In this document: positions 35,074-46,839 of the stretch, piece by piece
Layout: every line of letters starts with the position of its first letter
Position numbering within the stretch: position 1 is the stretch's first letter
The notes under the pieces: model-generated
Database searches by the model: none
Told to the model about the DNA's origin: nothing
What the model saw: only the letters and a program-made list of their open reading frames with translations
Assembly: GCF_963921235.1 (NCBI RefSeq)
Contig: NC_086097.1
Location: 174,408,001 to 174,472,000, forward strand
Direction: 5' to 3'
DNA from: Mobula hypostoma
Lineage: Eukaryota
Length of the DNA stretch: 64,000 bases
Program-made: the position numbers and the translations under genes

Positions 35074-38000
35074 CAGTGCCTATAAAATGTATTCATTCCC
35101 TTGAAAGTTTTCATGTTTTATTGTTTTACAACATTGAATCACAGTGGAATTTATTTGGTATTTTTTACATTGATCAACAGAAAAAAACTCTTTCGTGTCA
35201 AAGTGAAAACAAATCATTTCAAAGTGATCTAAATTAATTACAGGTTTCCCCCGCCATCCGAAGGTAGAGTGTTCCTATGAAACAGTTCGTAAGCTGAAAT
35301 GTTTTAAAACGAAGAAGCAATTACCATTTATTTACATGGGAAAAATTTGTGAGCATTTGCAGACCCAAAAATAACCTACCAAATCATGCCAAATAACACA
35401 TAAAACCTAAAATAACAGTAACATACAGTAAAAGCAGGAATGATATGATAAATACACAGCCTATATAAAGCAGAAATACTTTTCCACAATCATTACTGAA
35501 CTGCTCTCTGTAGCGAAAATCTCGCGCAAGCACCGTCAGCAGAAAATCTCATGCAAGCGCTGTTGGCAAAAACACAGTGCAAGCGCTCTCCAGTAACCTT
35601 TAAGCTATGAAGCTGCCAAATCATACCAAATAACACGTAAAAATACACAGCCTATATAAAGTAGAAATAATGTATGTACAGTATAGTATCACTAGCGGAA
35701 TTGGTTCAGCGCCGAGCACACTGATGATGGTGTGTTAGACTGAGTCGTCGCAGGGTGGGTGGTGCAGTGGCTCCCACCCTCCAGGCTGCCGACAGATACC
35801 GAACCGCGAAGCATGCAGGGGTACAGCGGTAGCTGGGAGGCATCCAGCACATCTTTAAGAAAAAAGCAGAAATAAACATGCTAATTAATTAGGTGCCGCC
35901 CGGCACGTAATTGTCGGCCCAGATCAGTGCCGATTTTGGATTGCGTCGTCTCTGATCTGAGCCGACAATTACGTGTTGGGCAGCACCTAATTAATTAGCA
36001 TGTTTATTTCTGCTTTTTTCTTAAAGATGTGCTGTGTGCCTCCTGCCTACCGCTGCATTCTCTGAGAATCGCGGGGTGGTGGGACACTGGGGTGTCATCT
36101 CGTCATCTGTTTCCATTAGAACAGGCATCTCATCTTCTCCTATGACTGCCTGCCTCGATGTTGAAGGTTGAGGTTCGTCGTCTGCTGTGGCTGATGCGGA
36201 AGGCTTGCTTGACTGCTGAGCCTCGCGCATTTTTCTATCATACAGTTCTTTGTAAGGACTCGAACCATCCTGCAAATATCCCCTAAACCTACGTACCCTT
36301 TCAAAATTAAAGTCGTACTTTATCATTGCAGCGAAAATCTCACGCAATTGCTTCACGTTCAATTCCTGGATGACTTCACTTTCGGTCCGTTTGCTACTGC
36401 ATTCAGTTTCAATTGTTTTCGTATCCTCTTCCAATTGCATCAGCTCTTCATCTATCAGTTCTTGGTCATGGGATGCCAAAACATCTTCCACATCATGTTC
36501 TTCAGCTTCCACAAGCCAAACTCTCTTAGTCCTTACTTCGTTCACCAAGATCGAAACGCTTAATTATGTCTAGTTTTACGCTAAGTGTAACACCCTTACG
36601 AGCTCTTCTGGGCTTTTCCAATACCTTGGAACTCATCTTGCAAATGGCTGCTCACAGGCACCTGTTTAAGCAACGCTGGCTAGAATGCTGTTCCAAATCC
36701 GGGGGAGAGTGTCTGCTTGGGGCACGCGCTGCCTTTTATCGTGCGCTGATATTCCCTGCGCACTGCTTTTTTTTCATAACAGTGAAAACACCTTCTGAAA
36801 GCGAAAACAGGGTACTAATGTAGGTCTTTCGTAACAGTGAGGTTTCGTAAAGCAAACGTTCGAAAAGCGGGGGACACCTGCACAAATATAAAACACAAAA
36901 TAATTGATTGCATAATTACTCACCTCCTTTAAGTCAGTATTTAGTAGATGCACATTTGACAGCAATTACAGCCTTGAGTCTGTGTGGATAGGTCTCTAAC
37001 AGCTTTGCACATCTGGACACTGCAATTTTTCCCCATTCCTCTTTACAAAACTGCTCAGGCTCCGTCAGATTGCACGGGGATTGTGAGTGAACAATCCTTT
37101 TCAAGTCCAGCCACAAATTCTCAATTGGATTGAGGTCTGGACTCTGACTTGGTCACTTCAGGACATTAACTTTGTTGTTTTTAAGCCATTCCTGTGTAGC
37201 ATTGGCTTTAATGCTTGGGGTCATTGTCTAGCTAGAAAACAAATCTCACAAGTCGCAGTTCTCTTGCAGACTGCATCAGGTTTTCCTCCAGGATTTCCCT
37301 GTATTTTGCTGCATTTATTTTACCCTATATTTTCACAAGCCTTCCAGAGCCTGTAGCAGTGAAGCATCCCCACAGCATGATGCAGCCACCATCGTCCTTC
37401 ACATTAGGGATGGTGTGTTTTTGATGATATGCAATGTTTGGCTTATGTTTGGCATTAGTCTGATGGCCAAAAAGCTCAATTTTGGTTTCATGAGACCATA
37501 GAACCTTCTTCCAGCTGACTTCAGAGTCTCCCACATGCCTTCTGGCAAAGACCAGCTGAGCTTTCATGTGAGTGTTTTTCAATCGTGGCTTTCTCTTTTT
37601 GACTCTGCCATAAAGCTACTGGTGAAACACTCAGGCATTAGTTATTGTATGCGTAGTCTTGCCCATCTCTGCCGCTGAAGCTCTTAACTCCTCCAGAGTT
37701 ATCATTGGTCTCTTGGTTGCCTCCCTCACTAGTCCCTTCTTGTACAGTCACTCAGTTTTTGAAGATGACATGCTCTAGGGCAGATTTACGGCTGTCCCAT
37801 ATTCTTGACATTCGTTGATAATTGACTTAACTGTACTCCAAGGGATATTCAGTAACTTGGAAATTTTCTTGTATCCATTTTCGTGGAGTTGCTTTAAGTG
37901 TTCTTTGTCTTCATGGTCTAGTTTTTGCCAGAATACTGACTCACCAGCCGTTGAACTTTCCAGATACTGGTGTATTTTTACTACAATCAATTGAAACACC

Positions 38001-38305
38001 TTGTCTGCACACAGATCTCCAGAAACTAATTATGTGACTTTTAAAACCAATTGGCTGCACCAGTGATGATTTGGTGTGTCAGTTTAAAGGGGGGGGGTGA
38101 AATCAATTATTCTGTGTCTTATATTTGTAATTAATTTAGATCACTTTGTTGAGATCTGTTTTCACTTTGACATGAAAGAGTATTTTTCCATTGATCAATG
38201 TCAAAAAAGCCAAATTAAATCCACTGTGATTCAATGTTGTAAAACAATAAAACATGAAAACTCCCAAGAGGGTTGGGGGGGGGTGAATACTCTTTATAGG
38301 CTCTG
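35074..38305 (-). mobile_element. Tc1-family transposon, long TIRs, TA TSD, disrupted transposase (~37914-36934)
   Basis: TA|CAGTGCCTATAAA ... TTTATAGGCTCTG|TA; ~200-bp TIRs; GYKKISKLLNIPWSTVKSII, WKKVLWSHETKIELFG, GGCIMLWGCF, FCKEEWGKI..STKY. Confidence 0.92.
35241..36880 (-). mobile_element. Tigger/pogo deletion derivative nested in the Tc1 left TIR
   Basis: TA|CAGGTTTCCCCCGC ... GCGGGGGACACCTG; N-terminal HTH remnant (RKGVTLSVKLDIIKRFD, from 36636) joined to an acidic C-terminus (DVEDVLASHDQELIDEELMQLEE); no DDE core. Confidence 0.88.
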
Positions 38306-38536
38306 TAATTATAATTGCAAAGAAAGCACAACATCACCTCTGATTCCTTAGGAGTCCATGGAAATTCGGCATGCCATCAAAAACTTTGACAATGGGTGGT
38401 GGAAAGTGTATTGCCTGGCTGCATTACAGTTTCGTATGGGAACACCAATGCCTTTAAGCAGAAAATCCTTACCAAAGGTAGTAGATTTGGCCCAGTACAT
38501 CTCAGGTCGAACCCTCCTAACCATTGATCACATCGT

Positions 38537-39220
38537 AGAGTCGGGAGGAGAAGATGGCAGCGCGACACAGCTTGCAGCGGCCACTCCGGTGAATGATATC
38601 TGTTATCTGTCAAGTAGGGTGCCGTGCACAATTCTGATTTGATGGAGACAGACGTGAGAGCACGGAGGAACATCTGTGAAACTTCTGAAATGCCTGTTTC
38701 GCTGCTGCTGCTACTGTGTGATCCAGAATCTCTGGAGGGGAAGGCCCCGAGTCCTCGGCTTTGCTTGTTGCTTGGCGGCCGGGGCGGAGTCAAAGCTCTC
38801 GGCAGAAATGGTGCTCGGTGTCAGAGGGCTGGTCGGAGGCTCGAAGTTTTTGGACGGACTCAGAGTCAGTTGCGGTCGGGTGCTTCCAATAGTGCTGTAT
38901 CGGCAAGTTTGCGGCGCTTTGGAAGTTCATGGCAGGGACAGTTTCTCCCTTCTACCGTCTGCGTGAGATGATGGAGCTATCAGGACTTAAGACTTTTTTA
39001 CCATGCCCATGGTCTGCTCTTTATCAAATTACAGTTTTGCTTTGCACTGTTGTAACTATACGTTATAATTATGTGGTTTTGTCAGTTTTAGTCTTGGTTT
39101 GTCCTGTGTTTCTGTGATATCTTTCTGGAGGAACATTGTATCATTTTTAATGCATTGTATCATTTTAAATGACAATAAACGAGGACTGAGTGTCCTCATA
39201 ATCTAATCTAATCTAATCTA
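38537..39220 (+). mobile_element. Non-coding, CpG-rich retroposon (AAGATGGC start, (AATCT)n tail)
   Basis: Interrupts the host LINE; starts GAGAAGATGGCAGCGCG, ends AATAAA...CATAATCTAATCTAATCTA. Confidence 0.65.
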
Positions 39221-40840
39221 TGTGAAATGTTGTCGTAGAAGGGCATCATCGAAGATCCTCACCACCCAGGCCTTGCTCTTTTCTTGCTGCTGCCATCAGG
39301 TAGAAGGTACAAGTGCCTCAGGACTTGCACCACCAGGTTCAAGAACAGTTACTGCCCCTCAGCCATCAGGCTAATGAACAAAAGAGGATAACTACACTCA
39401 TTCTGTTTCTGGTGTTCCCACAACTGATAGTTTCACTTTAACAACTCTTTATCTTGTTTCATACTTTAATTATTTATTGCTATTTATTTATATTTTCAAT
39501 TGCACTTTGTTCATTGATCATGTTACAGTTACTGCTCTATAGCTTTGCTAAGCATGCCCTCAGGAAAAACAATCTCAGGGTTGTTTGTGGTGACGCGTAT
39601 GTACTCTGATAAGAAAGTTTTCTTTGAACTTTGAAACCAGAGCATCTGGAGGAAACCATGTGGTCATGGGCAGAATGTACAAACTCTTTACAAAGGTTAG
39701 CAAGAATTGAACCCAGGTTGCTGACACTGCAAAAACATTAATATAATGGCTGTGCTACTGTGCCATTCCAATTAATGTGCATTTAAAATAGAAAAGTGAA
39801 TATGAAGTCGAAATAGTGGCAGAGCCAGCAGACCCATTTGGATATAGATTCAATTCTGATTGTGTGAAATATGTATATTTTCCCGGAAACTTTTCCCTGA
39901 AATATTTTCCCAATGACATGCAGGTAGGTGGGTTATTTGTCCCCTGTGTGTAGGTAAGTGCTTGAAATTAACAGGAGTTGATGTGAACATAGGGAGAATA
40001 GGTTTGCAGGAAAGTTAGTGGGAGAATGGGATTGCTTTGTTTGCGGGCACAGGTTGGGTGGGGTGATGTGGCCTTCTCATATGTTAAAGGAATATGGAAG
40101 TATTTTAAAGTATTACTCTAAATTTCAAAAAATACAAAACCTATGTTTGTGCCCATTTAAAAGAATCTAGAGAAGACCTGTAATAGGCATTACTACACAC
40201 ATTGAGTAACTTGTTCAAAAACATGTATCTTCAGAAGTGGTAGACAACTAAAAATGAGGATAGAATATGTTCAGTACACAGTAGACTAATCAGCATAGCA
40301 TCAATGGTAGAAACAATAATTGAATCCCTTTTACCATTCAAGGCCATGGGAGAACTTTGGGCCCAATTAATTTTATTGTATTCTCATAAAAAAATTTCTA
40401 GCCTCATATATATAGCTGCACTGGAAATGCTTTGAATTATTTGTACATCTCCATTTGTTAAAGGCAACAATAGTTGAACTTTAGCAGAGATCACAGGGCT
40501 AACTTCAGTGGAGCCAATGTATCTTTTCTGTTTAGACATGCTTATTATCACATGTATGTTTTTGTTTAGCAGTCTCTTTGCAATGATGTTGGTGGGGTGT
40601 TTTAGTATTTGTCTTTCCTTGTTTCTAGCCATCTAGAAAAAGACTGCGAACATCTACCTTATCTATGTTCCTTATGATTGTATACATATGTACAGATTCA
40701 GATTTATTGATCACATGTACTTTGAATCATACAGTGAAATGTGTCATTTGTGTTAACAATCAGCATACCCAAGGATGTACGATGCCAACATAGCATGCCC
40801 ACAGTGTTCAGCAGAACAACGCAAGCAGCAGCAACAACAG

Positions 40841-41140
40841 CCTTGTCTTTCTTCCCGGACCTCCTGTCCCATGATCCTCTCGTATCCCTTTTGCCTATCA
40901 CCTGTCCAGCTCTTGGCTCTATCCCTCCCCCTCCTGTCTTCTCCTATCATTTTGGATCTCCCCCTCCCCTCCAACTTTCAAATCCCTTACTCACTCTTCC
41001 TTCAGTTAGTCCTGACGAAGGGTCTCGGCCTGAAACGTCGACTGCACCTCTTCCGAGAGATGCTGCCTGGCCTGCTGCGTTCACCAGCAACTTTAATGTG
41101 TGTTGCTTAAATTTCCAGCATCTGCAGAATTCCTGTTGTG
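40841..41140 (+). mobile_element. 300-bp Penelope-derived pLTR insertion with 11-bp TSD
   Basis: AGCAACAACAG at 40830-40840 and 41141-41151; closely matches the reverse complement of 10207-10472. Confidence 0.9.
41008..41043 (+). ncRNA. Minimal type I hammerhead ribozyme motif (predicted cleavage after C41039)
   Basis: AGTC / CTGACGA / AGG-GTCTCGG-CCT / GAAA / CG / TC / GACT: complete core, stems I and II paired, palindromic ACGT in place of stem III. Activity is not shown. Confidence 0.8.
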
Positions 41141-42062
41141 AGCAACAACAGAAGCTACTTTCCCTCTCAAACACCCACCCACCCACATACACCACAAGCC
41201 TCCAACACCAGGACAGACCTCCTCTGCGCCTCCACTCCCTGGCCCTGGACTCTTATATTCTCAGACATCAAGCCTTCAGCTCTGGACTTGTCAGCTTTGG
41301 TCTTCGACCCTCAGGCTTTCAATGACTGGATTTGCTGAGCTCTGGACTATGACCTGCTGTAAACTAATGATGTACATTTATTTAATGTACATCATTAGTT
41401 TACAATAGTCTTTTAACTTGTTGCCATACAGTTTATTTTTGGTGTAACAGACTGCTGCACCAAATGATGACAATTAGTTTCTAAAGTCCTGTGGTCAAAA
41501 TGCCACTATTGATAAAGGTAAAAATTGGAACTTTTTAAACTTTTTATGGTTAGTCAATATTTTACAAACATACATTTGATCCCCAGTGCTTTAGTTGTAA
41601 TTACTTTTTGAAGTGGGGCAAAATAGAGGCTTACAGCAATGGAATATGATGGGAATTTGGGCTATGTCAGATTAGGGATAGTGAGTTCTTGGAACCTCAA
41701 TGAAAAGCCAAGCACTATTATGGAAGTTCACTATCAATATAGCAGACCATGAAATGAAGTTGGATAAACTTATGTTGAATTTAAAAAAAGGTAGCATGAA
41801 GGAAGAATGCCAATTTTAAGAAAGAATGTGCACCTGTCATTGTGAATTGGATCTGTGAATACTTAGTTGCCATAGAAGGCTTGATTCTTTTTGGCTTTCA
41901 AAGTTGTTTCTCTGACCCAGTTCTTTATCCTTTCAAGTATTCTACCTTGGCATAACTTATTTTTAATTTTGTGATTAAAATAGTGCTGAATAAATACAAA
42001 CTTTTTTGAGTGATTTGCATCAATTTTTATTCTTCCTGGCACTATTCAGATCTCAATCCGTA

Positions 42063-42850
42063 TTCAAAGAATCAAAGTACATTTTTTCGAAGTACATTTA
42101 TTATCAAAGTATATGCACAGAATACAGCTCTGAGATTTGTCTTTCTGCAGGCAGCCTCAAAACAAAGAAACACCATGGAACCCATTCAAGAAAATATTAA
42201 ACACACAACGCGTGAAAAAAGAATAGTAACTAGCGAGCGAACAGCATATAGAATATCAAACATCAAGCTTGGAGTCCAGTACTACTACAGGCTGCATGCA
42301 GAGCTATTCTTCGTTGAAGCACCCCAGTTCACATCCATCGCCCTGATCAAACTGCTCAAAAGCAACAAAGAAAAGAGTAACCAGACCCAAGAAATATATG
42401 CACCATGAACCTCAAAGTCTCCTAAAATGAGTCCAAGTCTTGTCAATCGATCCTTGCAGCATGGAAACCAAGGCAATTTTCTCCCAACAGCAGCTAGCGA
42501 GAGGGAGAGGAAGACGGGCTAAAAGCAGGGAGACAGCACCAAACACCAGCCTGTCCTCTGCTCTCCTCCTCGTTCACTTTAACCTTGCTTGACACCTCAG
42601 TTGGAGAGAAGCAATAGAGTGGATCATGGGCTTGCGCCCTGTCTCCAGGCTGCACACACTACACCAAACCTCATTGAACTCCCTCAGAGACAGCAAAGCA
42701 TCAGATTGTTCAATCGGCCCCAAAATACAGCATCGAAATGTAAATCACAGGTTCTAATTGCACAGAACTTAGTAGTAGAATCATATTTGAAAGAAGAAGT
42801 AGTAAAAGAAGTAATTTTGGGAACTGCCCGCAGGACATCGCTGTTGGTGC
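42063..42850 (-). repeat. Non-coding interspersed repeat with LINE-like tail (second copy ~55617-56239)
   Basis: Both copies share AAGTACATTTATTAT...AAACACCATGGAACCCATTC...TGATCAAACTGCT...GGGCT.GCCCTGTCT. Confidence 0.7.
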
Positions 42851-42939
42851 AATGAAGTAAATTTATTATCAAAGTGCATACGTTATATGTCAGTATACAC
42901 AACTCTGAGATTCATTTTCTTGTGGGCATTCACAACAAA

Positions 42940-45900
42940 TGAAGGGTCGAGGCGAGGTAGGTTACCTGTGAAGAATAGAAATAGGAAGTATGTCTGTGAG
43001 GCCAGCGTTCTATACTGGGTGTCAGATGTGGGATGTCCAGGAGACTCCTATCCTCCCGGACAGCCACATCTGCGCCAAGTGCATCGAGCTGCAGCTCCTT
43101 AGGGACTGGATTAGAGAACTGGAGATGCAGCTTGATGACCTTCATTTAGTCAAGGAAAGTGAGGAGGTGATAGAGAGAAGCTATAGGCAAGTAGTCACGC
43201 CGGGGCCCGGGGAGACAGATAAGTGCTGATCACAGATAGTGCCACGGCTACAGAAAAGGAGGAAACCATGGAGAGATTGTCTGCGGAGTCTCTATGGGTG
43301 GAAGTTAGGAACAGGAAGGGGTCAATAACTCTTGTTCGCTTCAGAAGTTTTCTGATGACTCTGCCAGAGTTGGATGTATCAGCAAGGGAGATGAGGCTGA
43401 GTACAGGGCTATGATAGGAAGCTTTGTCACAATTTCCCCTGGGATCAATAAAGTATGACTACTACTACTATGACATGGTGTGAGCAGAATTATCTGCAGC
43501 TTAATGTGCAAAAGACTAAGGAGCTGGTGGTAGACCTGAAGAGAGCTAAGGTACCGGCGACCCCTGTTTCCATCCAGGGGGTCAGTGTGGAGGATTACAA
43601 ATACCTGGGGATATGAATTGACAATAAACTGGACTGGTCAAAGAACACTGAGGGTGTCTACAAGAAGGGTCAGAGCCGTCTCTATTTCCTGAGGAGACTG
43701 AGGTCCTTTAACATCTGCCAGATGATGCTGAGGATGTTCTACGAGTCTGTGGTGGCCAGTGCTATCATGTTTGCTGTTGTGTGCTGGGGCAGCAGGCTGA
43801 GGGTAGCAGACACCAACAGAATCAACAAACACATTTGTAAGGCCAGCGATGTTGTGGGGATGGAACTGGACTCTCTGACGGTGGTGTCTGAAAAGAGGAT
43901 GCTGTCCAAGTTGAATGCCATCTTGGACAATGTTTCCCAATGTCTCTACATAATGTACTCTTCAGGCACAGGAGTACATTCAGCCAGAGACTCATTCCAC
44001 CGAGATACAGCACCGAGCATCATAGGAAGTCATTCCTGCCTGTGGCCATCAAACTTTACAACTCCTCCCTTGGAGAGTCAGACACCCTGAGCCAATAGGC
44101 TGGTCCTGGACTTATTTCCTGGCATAATTTACATATTACTATTTAACTATTTATGGTTTTATTACTATTTAATTATTTATGGTGTAACTGTAACGAAAAC
44201 CAATTTCCCCAGATCAATAAAGTATGACTATGACTACTGGGTGTTTTTTATAGACCACCCAATAGTAACAGGGACATCGAGGAGCAGATAAGGAGACAGG
44301 TTCTGGAAAGGTGTAATAATAACAGGGCTGTCGTGGTGGGAGATGCTAATTTCCTAAATATCATCCTAGTGCAAGGGGTTTAGATGGGAGATGGGGTGGA
44401 GTTTGTTAGGTGTGTTCAGGAAGGTTTCCTGACACAATGTGTAGATAAGACTACAAGAGGAGAGGCTGTACTTGATCTGGTATTGGGAAATGAACCTGGT
44501 CAGGTGTCAGCTCTCTCAGTAGGAGAGCATTTTGGAGACAGTGATCACAATTCTATCTCCTTTACCATAGCATTGGAGAGGGATAGGAACAGACAAGTTA
44601 GGAAACCATTTAGTTGGAGTACGGGGAAATATGAAGCTATCAGGCAGGAACTTGGAAGCGTAAATTGGGAACAGGTGATCTCAAGGAAATGTACGGCAGA
44701 AATGTGGTAAATGTTCAGGGAATATTTGCATGGAATTCTGCATAGATATGTTCCAATGAGACAGGGAAAGGATGGTAGGGTATAGGAACCATGGTGTATA
44801 AAGGCTGTTGAAAATCTAGTCAAGAAGAAAAGCTTATGAAAGATTTGAAAAACTAGGTAATGATGGAGATCTGGAAAATTATAAGGCTAGCAGGAAGGAG
44901 CTTAAGAATGATATTAGGAGACCAGAAGGGGCCCTGAGAAGGCCTTGGTGAGCAGGATAAGGAAAACCCCCCAAGACATTCTACAATTATGTGAAGAGCA
45001 AGAGGAGAAGACATGAGAGAATACAACCAATCAAGTGTGACAGTGGAAAAGTGTGCATGGAACCGGAAGAAATAGCAGAAGTACTTAATGAATACTTTGC
45101 TTCATTATTCACTACCGAAGAGGATCTTGGCAATTGTAGGGATGACTTACAGTGGATTAAAAAGCTTGAGAATATAGACATTAAGAAAGAGGATCTGCTG
45201 GAGCTTTTGGAAAGCATCAAGTTGGATAAGTCTCCGGGACCAGATGGGATGTACCCCAGGCTACTGTGGGAGGCAAGGGTGGAGATTGCTGAGCCTCTGG
45301 CCATGATCTTTGCATCCTCAGTAGGAATGGGAGAGGTTCCAGAGGATTGGAGGGTTGCAGATGTTGTTCCATTATTTGAGAAAGGGAGTAGAGATAGCTC
45401 AGGAAATTATAGACCGGTGAGTCTTACTTCAGTGGTTAGTAAGTTGATGGCAAAGATCCTGAGAGGCAGGATTTATGAACATTTGGAGAGGCATAATACG
45501 ATTACAAATAGTCAGCATAGTTTTATCAAAGGCAGGTCATGCCTTACAAGTCTGATTGAATTTTTTGAGGATGTGACTAAGCACATTGATGAAGGTAGAG
45601 CAGCAGATGTAGTGTATGTGGATTTCAGCAAGGTTTTTCATAAGGTACCCCATGCAAGACTTATTGAGAAAGTAAGGAGGCATGGGATCCAAGGGGACCT
45701 TGCTTTGTGAATCCAGAATTGGCTTGCCCACATAAGGCAAAGTGTGGTTGTAGTCGGGTCATATTCTGCATGGAGGTTGGTGACCAGTAGTGTGCCTCAG
45801 GGATCTGTTCTCGGACCCCTTCTCTTTGTGATTTTTATAAATGACCTGGATGAGGAAGTGGAGGGATGGGTTAGTAAATTTGCTGATGACACAAAGGTTA

Positions 45901-46837
45901 GGGGTGCTGTGGATGGTGTGGAAGGCTGTCAGAGGTTACAGTGGGACATCTATAGGATGCAAAACTGGGCTGAGAAGTGGTAGATGGAGTTCAACCCTGA
46001 TAAGTGTGAGGTGGTTCATTTTGGTAGGTCAAATATGATGGTAGAATTAAACAATGTTGTAATTAAACAATTCTGATTAAACAATGTTATAATTTGAAGT
46101 ATTAATGGTAAGACTCTTGGCAGTGTGGAGAATCAGAGGGATCTTGGGGTCCAAGTCCATAGGATACTCAAAGCTGCAGCGCAGGTTGACTCCGTGGTTC
46201 AGAAAGCATACTGTACATTGGCCTTCATCAATCATGGGATTGTGTTTAAGAGTTGAGAGATAATGTTACAGCTTTATCGGGCCCTGGTCAGACTCCACTT
46301 GGAGTACTGTGCTCATTTCTGGTCACCTCACTACGGGAAGGATGTGGAGACTATAGAAAGGATGTAGAGGAGATTTACAAAGATGCTGCCTGGATTGGGG
46401 AGCATGCCTTATGAGAATAGGTTGAGTGAACTCAGCCTTTTCTCCTTGGAGCGGCGGAGGATGAGAAGTGACCTGATAGAGGTATATAAGGATGAGAGGC
46501 ATTGATCGTGTGGATAGTCAGAGGCTTTTTCCCAGGGCTGAAAAGGCTAGCACGAGAGGGCTCAGTTTTAAGGTGCTTGGAAGTAGGTACAGAGGAAATG
46601 TAGGGTAAATATTTTATGCAGAGAGCGGTGAGTGCGTGGAATGGGCTGCCAGTGACGGTGGTGGAGGCAGATACAATAGGGTCTTTTAAGAGACTTCTGG
46701 ATAGGTACATGGTGCTTAGAAAAATAGAGGGCTATGGGTAACCCCAGGTAATTTCTAAAGTAAGTAAATGTTCGGCACAGCATTGTGGGCCGAAAGGCCT
46801 GTATTTTGCTGTAGTTTTTCTATGTTTCTATGTTTCT
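42940..46837 (+). mobile_element. CR1 LINE (ORF1 start, internal deletion, most of ORF2), disrupted
   Basis: CTGCQ-like/CAKCIELQ finger; LDLVLGNEPGQV, GDSDH, DKSPGPDG, PQGSVLGPLLF, KFADDTK; (TTCTATGT)n tail. Confidence 0.92.
43332..44237 (+). mobile_element. Young Rex1-type LINE 3' part nested in CR1
   Basis: KFSDDSA, RLYFLRRLRSFNIC, FYESVVASAIMFAVVCWG; (GACTAT)n tail. Confidence 0.9.
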
Positions 46838-46839
46838 AA

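Larger units (their letters stand above)
34690..39635 (+). mobile_element. Rex1/Babar-type LINE 3' part hosting Tc1, Tigger and a non-coding retroposon
   Basis: Collinear pieces 34690-35073 (YKFADDT, KTKELIVDFR), 38306-38536 and 39221-39635 (HPGLALFLLLPSGRRYK). Confidence 0.75.

Noticed and set aside
36021..36548. 175-aa ORF as a domesticated TIGD/CENP-B-like gene
   Set aside because: It lies inside a TIR-bounded Tigger derivative, lacks the DDE core and is out of frame with the HTH remnant.
40741..41325. 194-aa ORF as a novel protein
   Set aside because: Chance read-through across a pLTR insertion and flanking repeats; similar peptides recur wherever the repeat occurs.
44991..45710. 239-aa ORF as a host gene
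   Set aside because: Part of a CR1 ORF2 with flanking stops and frameshifts.
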